Shown: piece by piece, positions 18,378 to 27,942 of the stretch
Position numbering within the stretch: position 1 is the first letter of the stretch
Layout of the letters: each line of letters begins with the position of its first letter
IMG/VR virus record: IMGVR_UViG_3300044470_000407
Coordinates: 1-44,044 of that record
Length of the DNA: 44,044 bases
DNA from: a virus
Lineage: Duplodnaviria; Caudoviricetes
Reading direction: 5' to 3' (one strand)
The notes under the pieces: model-generated
Told to the model about the DNA's origin: nothing
Database searches by the model: none
The model's input: the letters and a program-made list of their open reading frames with translations, nothing else
Position numbers and translations under genes: made by a program

Positions 18378-19926
18378 ATTCTTTTGACAATTCTATGAAA
18401 GATAAATCACATTCAGATATTCCCGGCGAAATATAGTGCATTTGAATTTCATCCATATCAAAACGGCCATAAATAAGTTTTCCGAACATAGATATGTTTG
18501 ATTTTAAAATAGCACCTATGGGAGCATCAATTGTCATTAAAGATGTTGTCAAACTTATTATTTTAGCATGATAAAAATTGCCAAATTGATCTAAAATAAA
18601 CATATGTTCATACCCGCGTGACCAAATGGGGGAAACGTCTTGAATTTGAATAGTAGTATCTGTTGGTCCAACATCAGCTGTTGCAAAAAAGTAATTTTTA
18701 GGCACTGGGACCCAAAATGCATTTAAACGGCCTTTATGGTTTTTGAAATAAGTTAACAAAGTATTTTCAATTGCTTTTGTCATATTTGTAAAAGATGCAG
18801 TAAATTTAATTTGGATTTCATCAGTTATTTTCCTGATTCTTATTCCAGTGCCAGGATATTGAATGGGCGTTCGGAAAGGTTCCAATCCTTGTGTAGGATG
18901 CTTAAGCCAATCAATTCCGATATTGAAAAGGTCTATAGCGTTTGGATCAAAAACTGATAAAACCAAATTACAATTAGTTGATCCTGCAGAATTTGTTGCC
19001 GTTATTACGTATGTATTTGTTATTGTAACAACCGTTGGTGTGCCCGTTATAATACCAGTGGTTGTATTAAATGATAATCCTGTTGGTAAAGAATGATCAA
19101 TTGCATAAGAGACAACGGCGCTTCCTCCGTCGTGTGATGGCGTATTTGGAGTTATTGTAACATTAATAGGATAATTAGCAGGATTTATATCATAAGTTAA
19201 GTTTGAAGGAGCAACAACAGCCCAAGCTGGAATATAATCAGGATCAGCTCCAAGAGCAAAATTGGATAAATTTGTGTCATCCCAACCTGATGGTGTACCA
19301 CCGTGAATAGAAAAATTATATATAGTCCCACTATCAGTCCAGGATCCATCAGTCAGTCCAGCTAGATTAGTATCATTTGTAAGTACTGTATCAAGGATAC
19401 CTCCTGTTGTCAATAAATGATAGCCAGTAGATAACTCATAAATTAAACTGTTCTTAATCACTCCAGCAGAATCGGTAAAAGGCATGTAATTTGCTAATCC
19501 ATAAACGATATTATGAAGTAATACGTTACAGAATAATCCACCTGGAAATTGCCAAGTAGCGACCACTGAAAGAAAACAATCATGTGTATATGGTAAAGCA
19601 ATATCATGACAATAAATTATTGCGTTGCTCAATTCAACCGTGCCTTGAAAAAACTCAGGTGATGGTTGATTAAATTGTACAGAATATCCTGGTGCGTTTA
19701 TTCGGAAAGGTATTGAAGGATCTTGAGAAGTTATTAATGGCCATTTGCTTATAGTACCCAAACCACAAACTAGAATATCTCTTGTATAGGTTGCACCACC
19801 CTTAATTTGCAATTCAGTTGCCCCAAGTCCAGCAGGGTCAATAGTATCCCACTGGTCTTTTCCGTATTGATTACCGAAAGAACCATCACCGGTCCCTGAT
19901 TTTCCTAAATCAGCGTAATAGATCAA
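18370..19926 (-). CDS. Tail protein: accessory N-terminal domain, putative Ig domain, distal-tail-like C-terminus
   Basis: LPTGLSFNTTTGIITGTPT (He_PIG-like); YFKNHKGRLNAFWVP. Confidence 0.7.
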   Translation of the reverse strand: MIYYADLGKSGTGDGSFGNQYGKDQWDTIDPAGLGATELQIKGGATYTRDILVCGLGTISKWPLITSQDPSIPFRINAPGYSVQFNQPSPEFFQGTVELSNAIIYCHDIALPYTHDCFLSVVATWQFPGGLFCNVLLHNIVYGLANYMPFTDSAGVIKNSLIYELSTGYHLLTTGGILDTVLTNDTNLAGLTDGSWTDSGTIYNFSIHGGTPSGWDDTNLSNFALGADPDYIPAWAVVAPSNLTYDINPANYPINVTITPNTPSHDGGSAVVSYAIDHSLPTGLSFNTTTGIITGTPTVVTITNTYVITATNSAGSTNCNLVLSVFDPNAIDLFNIGIDWLKHPTQGLEPFRTPIQYPGTGIRIRKITDEIQIKFTASFTNMTKAIENTLLTYFKNHKGRLNAFWVPVPKNYFFATADVGPTDTTIQIQDVSPIWSRGYEHMFILDQFGNFYHAKIISLTTSLMTIDAPIGAILKSNISMFGKLIYGRFDMDEIQMHYISPGISECDLSFIELSKEYV

Positions 19927-20492
19927 AAGTGTTCCTCGAAAGTTAAAGTTGAATCAACTATTTGGGGTGTAGTAATATCGTCCGAAAATTCATTTGTATA
20001 TGCTGTCATCAGTGGAAAATAAACTGTTTTTCCGAGATAGAAATCAAGGCCAAAAGCGCCACCAATTGTCATTTGAGTATCACTATCAACAGAAACAAGT
20101 GTGTGTAATTCTGAAACATTGTGATCTTGAAGATTAATCATTAAAATATGATCACAAAGATTATTCAAATTGAAATTATTTAAAAGTCCTTTTGATTGGA
20201 CAGCTGTGACCCCACTCAGATTTGATCCAAAAATACCTATAGGCATAATAGGCTCAGTAAAAATAGGCAATTGAAAAAAATCTGCATGCATTTTTCTCAA
20301 GAAATTTTCGATATTTGAAAGGTAATCCGGCGAAAAAGATGTAATTGAAATAGATCTTTTCATATTTTCATACAAAGGGATACGGGCTTGTTCGTTGCCC
20401 GTTTCTCCAGCATTTATTACGGTGTCAAAACGATATTTCATTTCAATACCATTTGTCCAATCCGGCAACCATGAAAAGCAATCAGTATTCAT
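19923..20492 (-). CDS. Distal tail-like protein
   Basis: Follows the tape measure; PDW...TGNEQARI motif. Confidence 0.6.
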   Translation of the reverse strand: MNTDCFSWLPDWTNGIEMKYRFDTVINAGETGNEQARIPLYENMKRSISITSFSPDYLSNIENFLRKMHADFFQLPIFTEPIMPIGIFGSNLSGVTAVQSKGLLNNFNLNNLCDHILMINLQDHNVSELHTLVSVDSDTQMTIGGAFGLDFYLGKTVYFPLMTAYTNEFSDDITTPQIVDSTLTFEEHF

Positions 20493-22648
20493 ACACCCAA
20501 AGCTTTCCGTATGGCCATTTTATTTTGACCCATGTGATTGATTAGACTTGCACGACCATCGGCTGATGCTAAATGTCGATCAATCATACGTGGGTCATTT
20601 ATATTAGTAATATGAATGTCTCCACCTGATTTTGAATTCATTCCTCCAACATTTGAACCACCGGAAACAGCGGAGCGCATAGCACTAGGAGAAACCAAAC
20701 CACGATTTATAGCATTCATAGCATACGTGCCATATTTATTTACGGCAGACCGTTGTTGTATAAATTCCCCACCCTCAGCTTCATAATTCATCCCACCAGC
20801 GGCGTGTGATGGACCTTCAAGCAAGCCACCAGTGGCTTTCTTTTCCATTTTAGGTGGTTGCGTCGCTATGATTTTAGCAATAGATAGGGCACCCGCCGCA
20901 CCCACTAGTACGCCGGTAACTATACCTAACACGCCACCTTGAGCAATTGCCTTAGTAACACCCTCGAATGTATTTATTGTGGCCTGGGCGATTGATCCGG
21001 TTTTTCCTAGATTGAAAAGTGCAATTGATTTACTTCCGGTGAGTTCATAAAGATCATTGGCTATACTTCCGATAGCATCCGCTGCTGTTTTTTCTAACCC
21101 AATTCGGGCAGCTTGCTTCTCTTTTTCAAACTCCGCAACCTTATTAATGTTTTCAAGTTTATGGGCTGTAATAAGATCATCAAGTTGTTGCTGAGTATGA
21201 ATACCCTTTGTTAATGTAGCCGTTTCTTGATCCTGTTTGTTTTTAAGGGCGCACATTTCCTTTGCAAATTTTGCTTCGAGACCGCCACCGTCTTTACTTT
21301 CTGGCATTGCTCTTTCTTGGGCATCCTCAACTAACTTTTGAGCTTGTGCAAGTTTTTCCTGAGCTTGTTTGTATTGTTCAGCAAGATCAATCTGCTTTCG
21401 TCGTGTTTCAATTTCTATTTTGGCAATTTCATTTGTGGCTTTTGCTTTTTCATTTGCATCTGAGGTAGTACGTATTATCTCACGCTGAACAGCTATTTGT
21501 TCATCAGCGCCTTGAGCTATTTTTTCAGAAGTTTCAACATACCATTCATCAACTGATTTTCCGCTATTTTTAAGGGCATCACTGAGATCTTTTATTGACT
21601 CTTCAATTTGAGCTTTGTAAACTTCCAAATTTGATTTAATTACTTCATGTTGTTTTGTCCAGAAATCATCTTTCTTTTCGCCGCGTCCCATGACATTGGT
21701 TGTACCCAAAGCGGATTTTTCAGGACCACTGGTGATAGCAGCTGCTTTTATATCCGGTGTTTCAACATTGTCAGCACGAGTCATTTCCAGTGCCTGAGGC
21801 ATGCTTTTTCCGCCAGCCATATAACCAAGGAAGGATCCAATAGCACCCCAACCCTTGACTATTTTATCCACCATGCTGGCAACTTTTTCAAAGAATGAAA
21901 GCAAACCTGGCCCTACATTTTTGATAAAATCAGAAATGTAAGGTATTATTTTGCTGCCAAACTCTTCCGAAATCTCTTTCATTTGGTTATTAAATATTTT
22001 TGCAGGTCCAAGTCCGGCTTGACCCATTTGCTCAGCCATGCCCTTGACCTTGCCTTGACCAGCAGCTACCAACTCATTAAAAATATCCTGTTGGCTACCT
22101 GATTTTTCAAGTTCAATTCCATAAGGCCGCAAACCACGAGTTGTGCCATATTCGATTGCGCGACCAAAAGCCTCAGCTGTTGCTGTTGCTGAAACACCTT
22201 TTTTAGAAGCGTAATCTTCAATCACTGGAAGAAGTTTTTCAATTTCTTCCCGGTTAAGTTTATGAATAGTGAGAGACGTTGCAGCAGATTCAGAATCAGC
22301 TTTTGAAAATCTTGTTTTCTTCTCTTGAGCTTCTGACCATTTTACAATTGCTTCAGCGCCAGCACCTAAATCAGACGTCAAGCGGATAACTGCTAAGGCT
22401 TGTTCATCGGCAGCACCAATACCTTCTATGACAGCTTTTATCAATTCCTCAAAGGCTTTTGTAACTGCTCCAGCAGCGAGTTGGCCAACAGCAAAAGCAC
22501 CAGCCATTTCACCAAATGAATTTTTGGTGGTTTGTGTAGCGGCTTCAGTGCCTTTAAGAACATTCTCAAACTCTCCCATTTTACTGGAAAAGTCCTTGAG
22601 ACTAGCCTCAATGGCAATTTTGAGTGATGCTAAGTTGTCTTCAGCCAC
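20489..22648 (-). CDS. Tape measure protein
   Basis: Long Ala/Lys-rich helical protein after the chaperones; C-terminal ATGG...GPSHAAGG...EAEGGEF. Confidence 0.9.
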   Translation of the reverse strand: MAEDNLASLKIAIEASLKDFSSKMGEFENVLKGTEAATQTTKNSFGEMAGAFAVGQLAAGAVTKAFEELIKAVIEGIGAADEQALAVIRLTSDLGAGAEAIVKWSEAQEKKTRFSKADSESAATSLTIHKLNREEIEKLLPVIEDYASKKGVSATATAEAFGRAIEYGTTRGLRPYGIELEKSGSQQDIFNELVAAGQGKVKGMAEQMGQAGLGPAKIFNNQMKEISEEFGSKIIPYISDFIKNVGPGLLSFFEKVASMVDKIVKGWGAIGSFLGYMAGGKSMPQALEMTRADNVETPDIKAAAITSGPEKSALGTTNVMGRGEKKDDFWTKQHEVIKSNLEVYKAQIEESIKDLSDALKNSGKSVDEWYVETSEKIAQGADEQIAVQREIIRTTSDANEKAKATNEIAKIEIETRRKQIDLAEQYKQAQEKLAQAQKLVEDAQERAMPESKDGGGLEAKFAKEMCALKNKQDQETATLTKGIHTQQQLDDLITAHKLENINKVAEFEKEKQAARIGLEKTAADAIGSIANDLYELTGSKSIALFNLGKTGSIAQATINTFEGVTKAIAQGGVLGIVTGVLVGAAGALSIAKIIATQPPKMEKKATGGLLEGPSHAAGGMNYEAEGGEFIQQRSAVNKYGTYAMNAINRGLVSPSAMRSAVSGGSNVGGMNSKSGGDIHITNINDPRMIDRHLASADGRASLINHMGQNKMAIRKALGV

Positions 22649-22881
22649 TTGTCAAACTCCTGAGATGTTGCATTCATTCCGTAGCGTACAGCAATACCTT
22701 CTTGTTTTGACTCTTCCTGTTGATTTTGTATTGCTGCTTTATACAAAGCGTTTATTTTCCTTAATGAATAGTCTTGCCAATTGACGTGACCCCTTGATAC
22801 CAGCGTTTCTACTGCCCTGATGAGCTGGTCTGCTCTTTTACCTGTTGAGCCATTGTTGTTATCAGGGCAAATAAGTTTTTT
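22630..22881 (-). CDS. -1 frameshift extension of the tail chaperone (gpGT-like)
   Basis: A AAA AAC at 22881-22875; the -1 frame stays open to TAG at 22632-22630. Confidence 0.8.
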   Translation of the reverse strand, partial: KKLICPDNNNGSTGKRADQLIRAVETLVSRGHVNWQDYSLRKINALYKAAIQNQQEESKQEGIAVRYGMNATSQEFDKWLKTT

Positions 22882-23210
22882 AGATATTCAATATTTTGCC
22901 GGACCATAGTCACTATGAACTGAATAATGGCTGTTTGGTTTATCTTATCTACATCAGTATCCAAAGTGATTTTGAGTATCTCCGGCATAAAAGGCATGAT
23001 TGTAAAATACAACTGCTCGATATTGATTACCTTTCCCTCAGCAAAGAAATCCTTGAAAGCCAAATTGCGTTTTCTCAAATCAACAGCAATCCGTTCAAAC
23101 ACCGGAGAAAGGGCTGCACATTTTGTCAAGGTCCACGGTTTGACCAAAATCCCAGCAACCGTTTCACCGTCTAAAAGGATTTCCGCGTTGTCCGGTTTAA
23201 ACTCTGCCAT
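22809..23210 (-). CDS. Tail assembly chaperone (gpG-like)
   Basis: Between tail tube and tape measure; contains a slippery site. Confidence 0.8.
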   Translation of the reverse strand: MAEFKPDNAEILLDGETVAGILVKPWTLTKCAALSPVFERIAVDLRKRNLAFKDFFAEGKVINIEQLYFTIMPFMPEILKITLDTDVDKINQTAIIQFIVTMVRQNIEYLKNLFALITTMAQQVKEQTSSSGQ

Positions 23211-23259
23211 ATTATCCTCCAGAAGCCATTTAAACGTGTTTAAATTTTAACGATAAGAC

Positions 23260-23292
23260 TTAGGGCCAAGGAAACGTACACCCTGGCCCTAA
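23260..23292 (-). terminator. Stem-loop after the tail tube gene
   Basis: ttagggcca...tggccctaa inverted repeat. Confidence 0.5.
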
Positions 23293-23299
23293 TTTGTCT

Positions 23300-24148
23300 T
23301 TATGATGGATATGCCGTTGCCACACTTAATTCCGTGACGCGGAAGAAAGGATCTGTTGCCCGATGACCATTGGTATCGTCATCGATGTATACATCACCGG
23401 AGAAACCAAGTCCAGCATAATCCTGGGTTTTGATTGCGGCCAGGGCTGAATCCGGTGTGATTTGAACTTTCCAACATTCAATTGCATGTCGCGGTCCCTG
23501 TTCGGAAAGCCCACGATACCTGAGAAAACCCACCATGGGCCGAATGCGTGACGGAAATCTGCGCAGGGCAAATGTTCCAAATTTGAAAGCAACATTCACT
23601 GTTTGAGCATCTGTGGTGCGACCGATTATTGATTTGATCATGAGCAAACCATTTTCATAGTCCACCCGGCAATTGGTATCTTCTCCACTGGAGGTAAGAG
23701 TGCATGAAAAAGATACTGCACCTGATACGATGATTGAACCCGGCTTGATGTACTTTTTACCAAGATCGAGCCAACGGTCAAGATATGCTTTCATTGATTG
23801 CGTGGTAATATGCCCTGACGTTTGGGTCAAAGCATCTGCTGCAGCTCCTTTTTGCTTGTCAGGATCACCAAGGAAAAACAGTGCCATGTTTTCGGCGCTG
23901 CGCTCTTCCGGCGCAAACTTCAGTGTCCATTGCTGCTCACTGGGCTTTTTTGCATCCAACACGACAACACTGTCATGAGATGTCATGTGGTCTTTGTACT
24001 TGATAGCATTCGTCAACTCCAAAGAGGTAACGTTGCCCAAGTCGATTTCTCCGGTCATGACTCCAGAGTCATTCACCGGCGCGAAAGAGAGTGCTCCACG
24101 GGGCATTGACAGATTGTTTACATTCGGACTGATCTTTGACGTTTCCAT
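23300..24148 (-). CDS. Major tail tube protein
   Basis: Position; GEIDLGNVTSLEL, ENMALFFLG, WKVQITPD. Confidence 0.85.
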   Translation of the reverse strand: METSKISPNVNNLSMPRGALSFAPVNDSGVMTGEIDLGNVTSLELTNAIKYKDHMTSHDSVVVLDAKKPSEQQWTLKFAPEERSAENMALFFLGDPDKQKGAAADALTQTSGHITTQSMKAYLDRWLDLGKKYIKPGSIIVSGAVSFSCTLTSSGEDTNCRVDYENGLLMIKSIIGRTTDAQTVNVAFKFGTFALRRFPSRIRPMVGFLRYRGLSEQGPRHAIECWKVQITPDSALAAIKTQDYAGLGFSGDVYIDDDTNGHRATDPFFRVTELSVATAYPS

Positions 24149-24157
24149 GGTTTCCTC

Positions 24158-24616
24158 CTATGGATTTTGTTGAGTGGGTTTTCCGTAAGCATGTCGAAAT
24201 TTGACGTTGTACCTTGAAATAACAACGCATAATCCCTCTGAATAATAAACGATATCAGAGCAATTATCTGTCTGCTCTTCAAAATACTGAGCATAACGCC
24301 GTACACTGGATGAAAGTGGAAGTATTTGACTTTGTATATCCGCATCCAGTAAAGTGGCCTTTTCTCTGGCTTTCTCATCCGTGTCAGCTTTTACCCATGT
24401 ATGTACCTCCAGGTCAAATTCTTTTTCGGTCATTAAATTGATCTTTTTTGATCGCATTTTATCCGTAAAGACATTTGAATACATTTTGTTGGCATCATTG
24501 GCTAACTCTTCCCTTAAACCACGCGATGGATTAATAAATACACGGGCAGCGTTGCCGATTACCAACACAATATTTGCTTTGACTTCATTGAGCAATAGTG
24601 TAAAAATAGGTGTCAT
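24158..24616 (-). CDS. Tail terminator-like protein
   Basis: Size and position upstream of the tail tube. Confidence 0.6.
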   Translation of the reverse strand: MTPIFTLLLNEVKANIVLVIGNAARVFINPSRGLREELANDANKMYSNVFTDKMRSKKINLMTEKEFDLEVHTWVKADTDEKAREKATLLDADIQSQILPLSSSVRRYAQYFEEQTDNCSDIVYYSEGLCVVISRYNVKFRHAYGKPTQQNP

Positions 24617-25281
24617 ACTAATGTTGACTCCATAAGCCCATCACGAATATCAGCCATGCCTTTCCCCAGGATAGGCTGAACCCAATCGCGCAAGCTTTCT
24701 AAGGTTATTTGAACAGGAACATCAACACTCTTTTTGAGTACAAATAAAGGTACAATATCCCCATGAGATTGACCAGCTTTTGCTCCACGAGTATAATTCA
24801 ACTTGCCAAAAATTATCATATTTCCGGCTTTAGATTTTGCCAAAAAGGTTTCTCCAAATACTGCTGTGTCTCTGGGGTTTCCTCTTGAAGTACCATTACT
24901 ATCTAAAGCCGCTGGAAGCGGAATGGCTAAGGCACCTGCTGATTTTGGAGTAATATGGGTAACTTGTCCAACTTTTCCAAAAATCATTCTGTTGTAAACA
25001 GTGCCAATATTTACACCACCTGAAACAATATCGTCATCTGTTATAGCCGGTGTATGAGTAATATTGCGTTTCAATTCTCCTGATCTGCTGTTAATTACTC
25101 CCTTATTTTTGGGGCCAATCATTGAATAACTTTGAAACAAGTCCTGAACAATATGATTGCGCAAAGCAATAGTTGTCCTATTGACAAGTTGTGTTACCAT
25201 TTTACCAACATAGATTTGAAGCCATTTCTTAGCCGCGTACAGCTCAGAAAAATCTGTTTCAAATTTCATTTCATCAGACAT
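24613..25281 (-). CDS. Neck / tail completion protein
   Basis: RSGELKRNI, ITPKSAGALAIP, PLFVLKKSV. Confidence 0.65.
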   Translation of the reverse strand: MSDEMKFETDFSELYAAKKWLQIYVGKMVTQLVNRTTIALRNHIVQDLFQSYSMIGPKNKGVINSRSGELKRNITHTPAITDDDIVSGGVNIGTVYNRMIFGKVGQVTHITPKSAGALAIPLPAALDSNGTSRGNPRDTAVFGETFLAKSKAGNMIIFGKLNYTRGAKAGQSHGDIVPLFVLKKSVDVPVQITLESLRDWVQPILGKGMADIRDGLMESTLV

Positions 25282-25287
25282 AAATCC

Positions 25288-25587
25288 TCAATAAGGCAAC
25301 ATAGGGTCAGGTATAAAAAACGGGTCAGGGATACCCTCTTGTACTATATCCGTAATAAGCATAGCGTGCTCAGTATTTTCCTTAGAATTTAATGGCGCAT
25401 GCTGAATCACCACTATTTTCATATCAACATCCCGTAAATAATCGCCCCAGACACCTTGTACTTTTTTCACTGTGCCATCAGGTTGTAATTGGAAATAATT
25501 GAACAACGTCCTATCCGGTGGCATAATAGTACGGTCCTTGATTTGCAAGGACGCACGAGTGACTTTTACAAATCCTGATGCTTTCAT
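25288..25587 (-). CDS. Putative head closure protein
   Basis: Position only. Confidence 0.45.
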   Translation of the reverse strand: MKASGFVKVTRASLQIKDRTIMPPDRTLFNYFQLQPDGTVKKVQGVWGDYLRDVDMKIVVIQHAPLNSKENTEHAMLITDIVQEGIPDPFFIPDPMLPY

Positions 25588-25943
25588 TACGTTGTCTCAA
25601 AAAGGGCAAAGTGTTTATATCGGTCTAGTATCTTTTTGACGTTTTTCAACCACTCATCAATCTGGAATTTATTGATACTGCCGTCTTGCATTTGAACGCT
25701 TTGCAACCCAGGTGTTGCACGCTGTTTCCATTCATAGCAGCATTGCTCAAGACAAGCGCGCTGAAGAGACAACACCGGGGCACTGGGGTCAACAGCATCG
25801 TTATCCAAATAAGAAATCATTTCATCAGTGACGTGTTGGCTCAATTTTGTTAAAGCAGCATCACGTGAAGCATCCTGCTCAGTAAGGTTCAAATACATCG
25901 GTCCTTTTAAATCGGTCAAATTGGCCCAATTAGGAGTTGCCAT
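25587..25943 (-). CDS. Head-tail connector (gp6-like)
   Basis: LTDLK..YL, LQRACLEQ, VKKILDRYK. Confidence 0.75.
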   Translation of the reverse strand: MATPNWANLTDLKGPMYLNLTEQDASRDAALTKLSQHVTDEMISYLDNDAVDPSAPVLSLQRACLEQCCYEWKQRATPGLQSVQMQDGSINKFQIDEWLKNVKKILDRYKHFALFETT

Positions 25944-26865
25944 TGAAATCTCCTTTGTTGAAGAAGGATCTTACAAAATATATAACCTCTCCAACTTGAA
26001 TATCGTTGATACATTTGAAATCCTGACATGCTCTATAATCGCCGTTAGCTTGGCAAGGTTGACAAGGCAACCCCAGGTGTACGATTTTACACAGGGTTTC
26101 ATACGGCTTGTTTTTTGCCACACTACTACCACCCCAAAGCGCAATTAAAGGGATACGTAACGCATCGGCTATATGCATATTGCCCGTATCTGTAGTGACC
26201 ATCAAATCCGCTTGAGAAATCACTTTGGCTGTTTCGGCTAATGTGGATTTACTCACAAAATCTAAATCAGCTTCAACATTTTCCAACTCATGTCCACAAC
26301 CGATTTTTGCTATAATCATATCAGGAAAATAAGATTTCAGTTCACTGGAGAAAAGAGAAAAACCCGGCCAATTTTTGAATACTTTTAATTCAGCAAAACC
26401 ACCATTACAAAGCACCACCAGCTTTTTGCCTTGTTTATCAATAATCGGTTGCGCTGCTGGTACTATCATTTGAGAAGGTTTTGGGCCTTTATATCCATAG
26501 AACATTTTGGCCAAACGGATATAGTAATCACTCTCAGATTCTTTCTCCTGATCCCATTCCGGCGGTTCATAAGGATGCTTGCCCTTGAATAGTTCACGAG
26601 CATCGCCGCCATTTGTCCAATTCGTCCAAAACCAAACTTTATATTGCTCTTCAACAATATCTTTTATGGATATAACTTTATTTATAAAAGGTAAATTTTC
26701 CCAAATTGAAAACATTGCTTTCTTCCGGTAATCTCCCCAAGTAGAATCAATACAAAGATCAACTTTACCAGTGGCGTCCATATTTGCCATGGCTTGTAAA
26801 GCAGGAGTAAATTGAACAAAATTACCGATACCAGATTTAAAATATGCTATTGTTTTAGGACTCAT
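25930..26865 (-). CDS. Glycosyltransferase family 9 (heptosyltransferase-like)
   Basis: GIGNFVQFTPAL, KNWP, DLMVTTDTGNMHIADALRIPLIALWG, CQPC. Confidence 0.9.
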   Translation of the reverse strand: MSPKTIAYFKSGIGNFVQFTPALQAMANMDATGKVDLCIDSTWGDYRKKAMFSIWENLPFINKVISIKDIVEEQYKVWFWTNWTNGGDARELFKGKHPYEPPEWDQEKESESDYYIRLAKMFYGYKGPKPSQMIVPAAQPIIDKQGKKLVVLCNGGFAELKVFKNWPGFSLFSSELKSYFPDMIIAKIGCGHELENVEADLDFVSKSTLAETAKVISQADLMVTTDTGNMHIADALRIPLIALWGGSSVAKNKPYETLCKIVHLGLPCQPCQANGDYRACQDFKCINDIQVGEVIYFVRSFFNKGDFNGNS

Positions 26866-27856
26866 TTGAGATCCTTTCAACATGATGCCAAAAATCATAT
26901 AGAGCAGTTTTGAGTTTGCTTCTCAAAACCGTTTGATCATGCCAATCAAAATCCCAAGACGTATGGCCAGCATTGGATGTTGTAATTATTTTGCAACCGC
27001 TAAGGACTGCTTCAAAGATTACCCTATCGCCAGCGAAAGGCACGACAGGAGCATGATATACTGTTTCAAATCTATGATATAAATCATGCATAGCAACGTA
27101 ATCCACATCACCGAGTCTCACAGCATTATCAGTCATAGCGTTACCTGCCACAAAAAACTTCTTGTCAGGATTTTCTTTGATAAACTGCTCAGCGTTTTTC
27201 TGACATTTTTCCCACGCTGGTATGAAAACTGAATTTGGCTCACGGCTATTTGCCTTATATTCCCAACGATCTGGGTTTATGGCCAAGGGCAAACAAACTG
27301 AAGGTGACATTTCCCCACATTTTTGAGCATAAAACTTCTGTTGCATAGGGGAAATAAAGATATTTAATCTGGATTTTTTGTACAAATCAAAATCATGTTC
27401 AGAAAGATCATGTTCATATTTGATCCACGGAATTGTTGTCTTGTTAAGATAGTCAATAATAGTCTCTTTGTTATCTGCGTGTAGATTATTGACTATTATC
27501 ACATCAGCTTGACGCAATAGGTTAAAGGATTGCATATTGTTTATAACAACACCAATAACATCAAAACCAAGATTACGGCCTGTTGCAATGCAGTTGAAAT
27601 TTGATATTTCAGCGCCGCCATTTTTGTCATAGTTTTGAATCCAAATGACTCGTGTCATAGGACGTTTCGAAAAAGCGAATCTGTACATGTAATCTGAGTC
27701 TTGACTTTGTTTTGCAACAATAGGTTCATCAATAATCTTTACAGCTCCCATCGCTTCAAGCATTCTGGCTTTTGGAAAAGGCAACACGCAACGATCTCCA
27801 CGCAATATGTGGAAATTATCACAAATGCTTATACATTCAACTCTACGTTCTTCCAC
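26855..27856 (-). CDS. GT-B fold glycosyltransferase (GT4-like)
   Basis: GGAEIS, EHD, FISPMQ, RVIFEAVLSGCKII. Confidence 0.75.
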   Translation of the reverse strand: MEERRVECISICDNFHILRGDRCVLPFPKARMLEAMGAVKIIDEPIVAKQSQDSDYMYRFAFSKRPMTRVIWIQNYDKNGGAEISNFNCIATGRNLGFDVIGVVINNMQSFNLLRQADVIIVNNLHADNKETIIDYLNKTTIPWIKYEHDLSEHDFDLYKKSRLNIFISPMQQKFYAQKCGEMSPSVCLPLAINPDRWEYKANSREPNSVFIPAWEKCQKNAEQFIKENPDKKFFVAGNAMTDNAVRLGDVDYVAMHDLYHRFETVYHAPVVPFAGDRVIFEAVLSGCKIITTSNAGHTSWDFDWHDQTVLRSKLKTALYDFWHHVERISNES

Positions 27857-27895
27857 TTTTTCTTCCTTAACAAGTTGCGCGCTGCTGGTGTAAAA

Positions 27896-27937
27896 ATGGG
27901 ATGGGCGCTGTTGCGTTCATGCATCAGCGCCACCCAT
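27896..27937 (-). terminator. Stem-loop after the major capsid gene
   Basis: atggg..ggcgctg..cagcgcc.cccat. Confidence 0.45.
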
Positions 27938-27942
27938 ATTGG

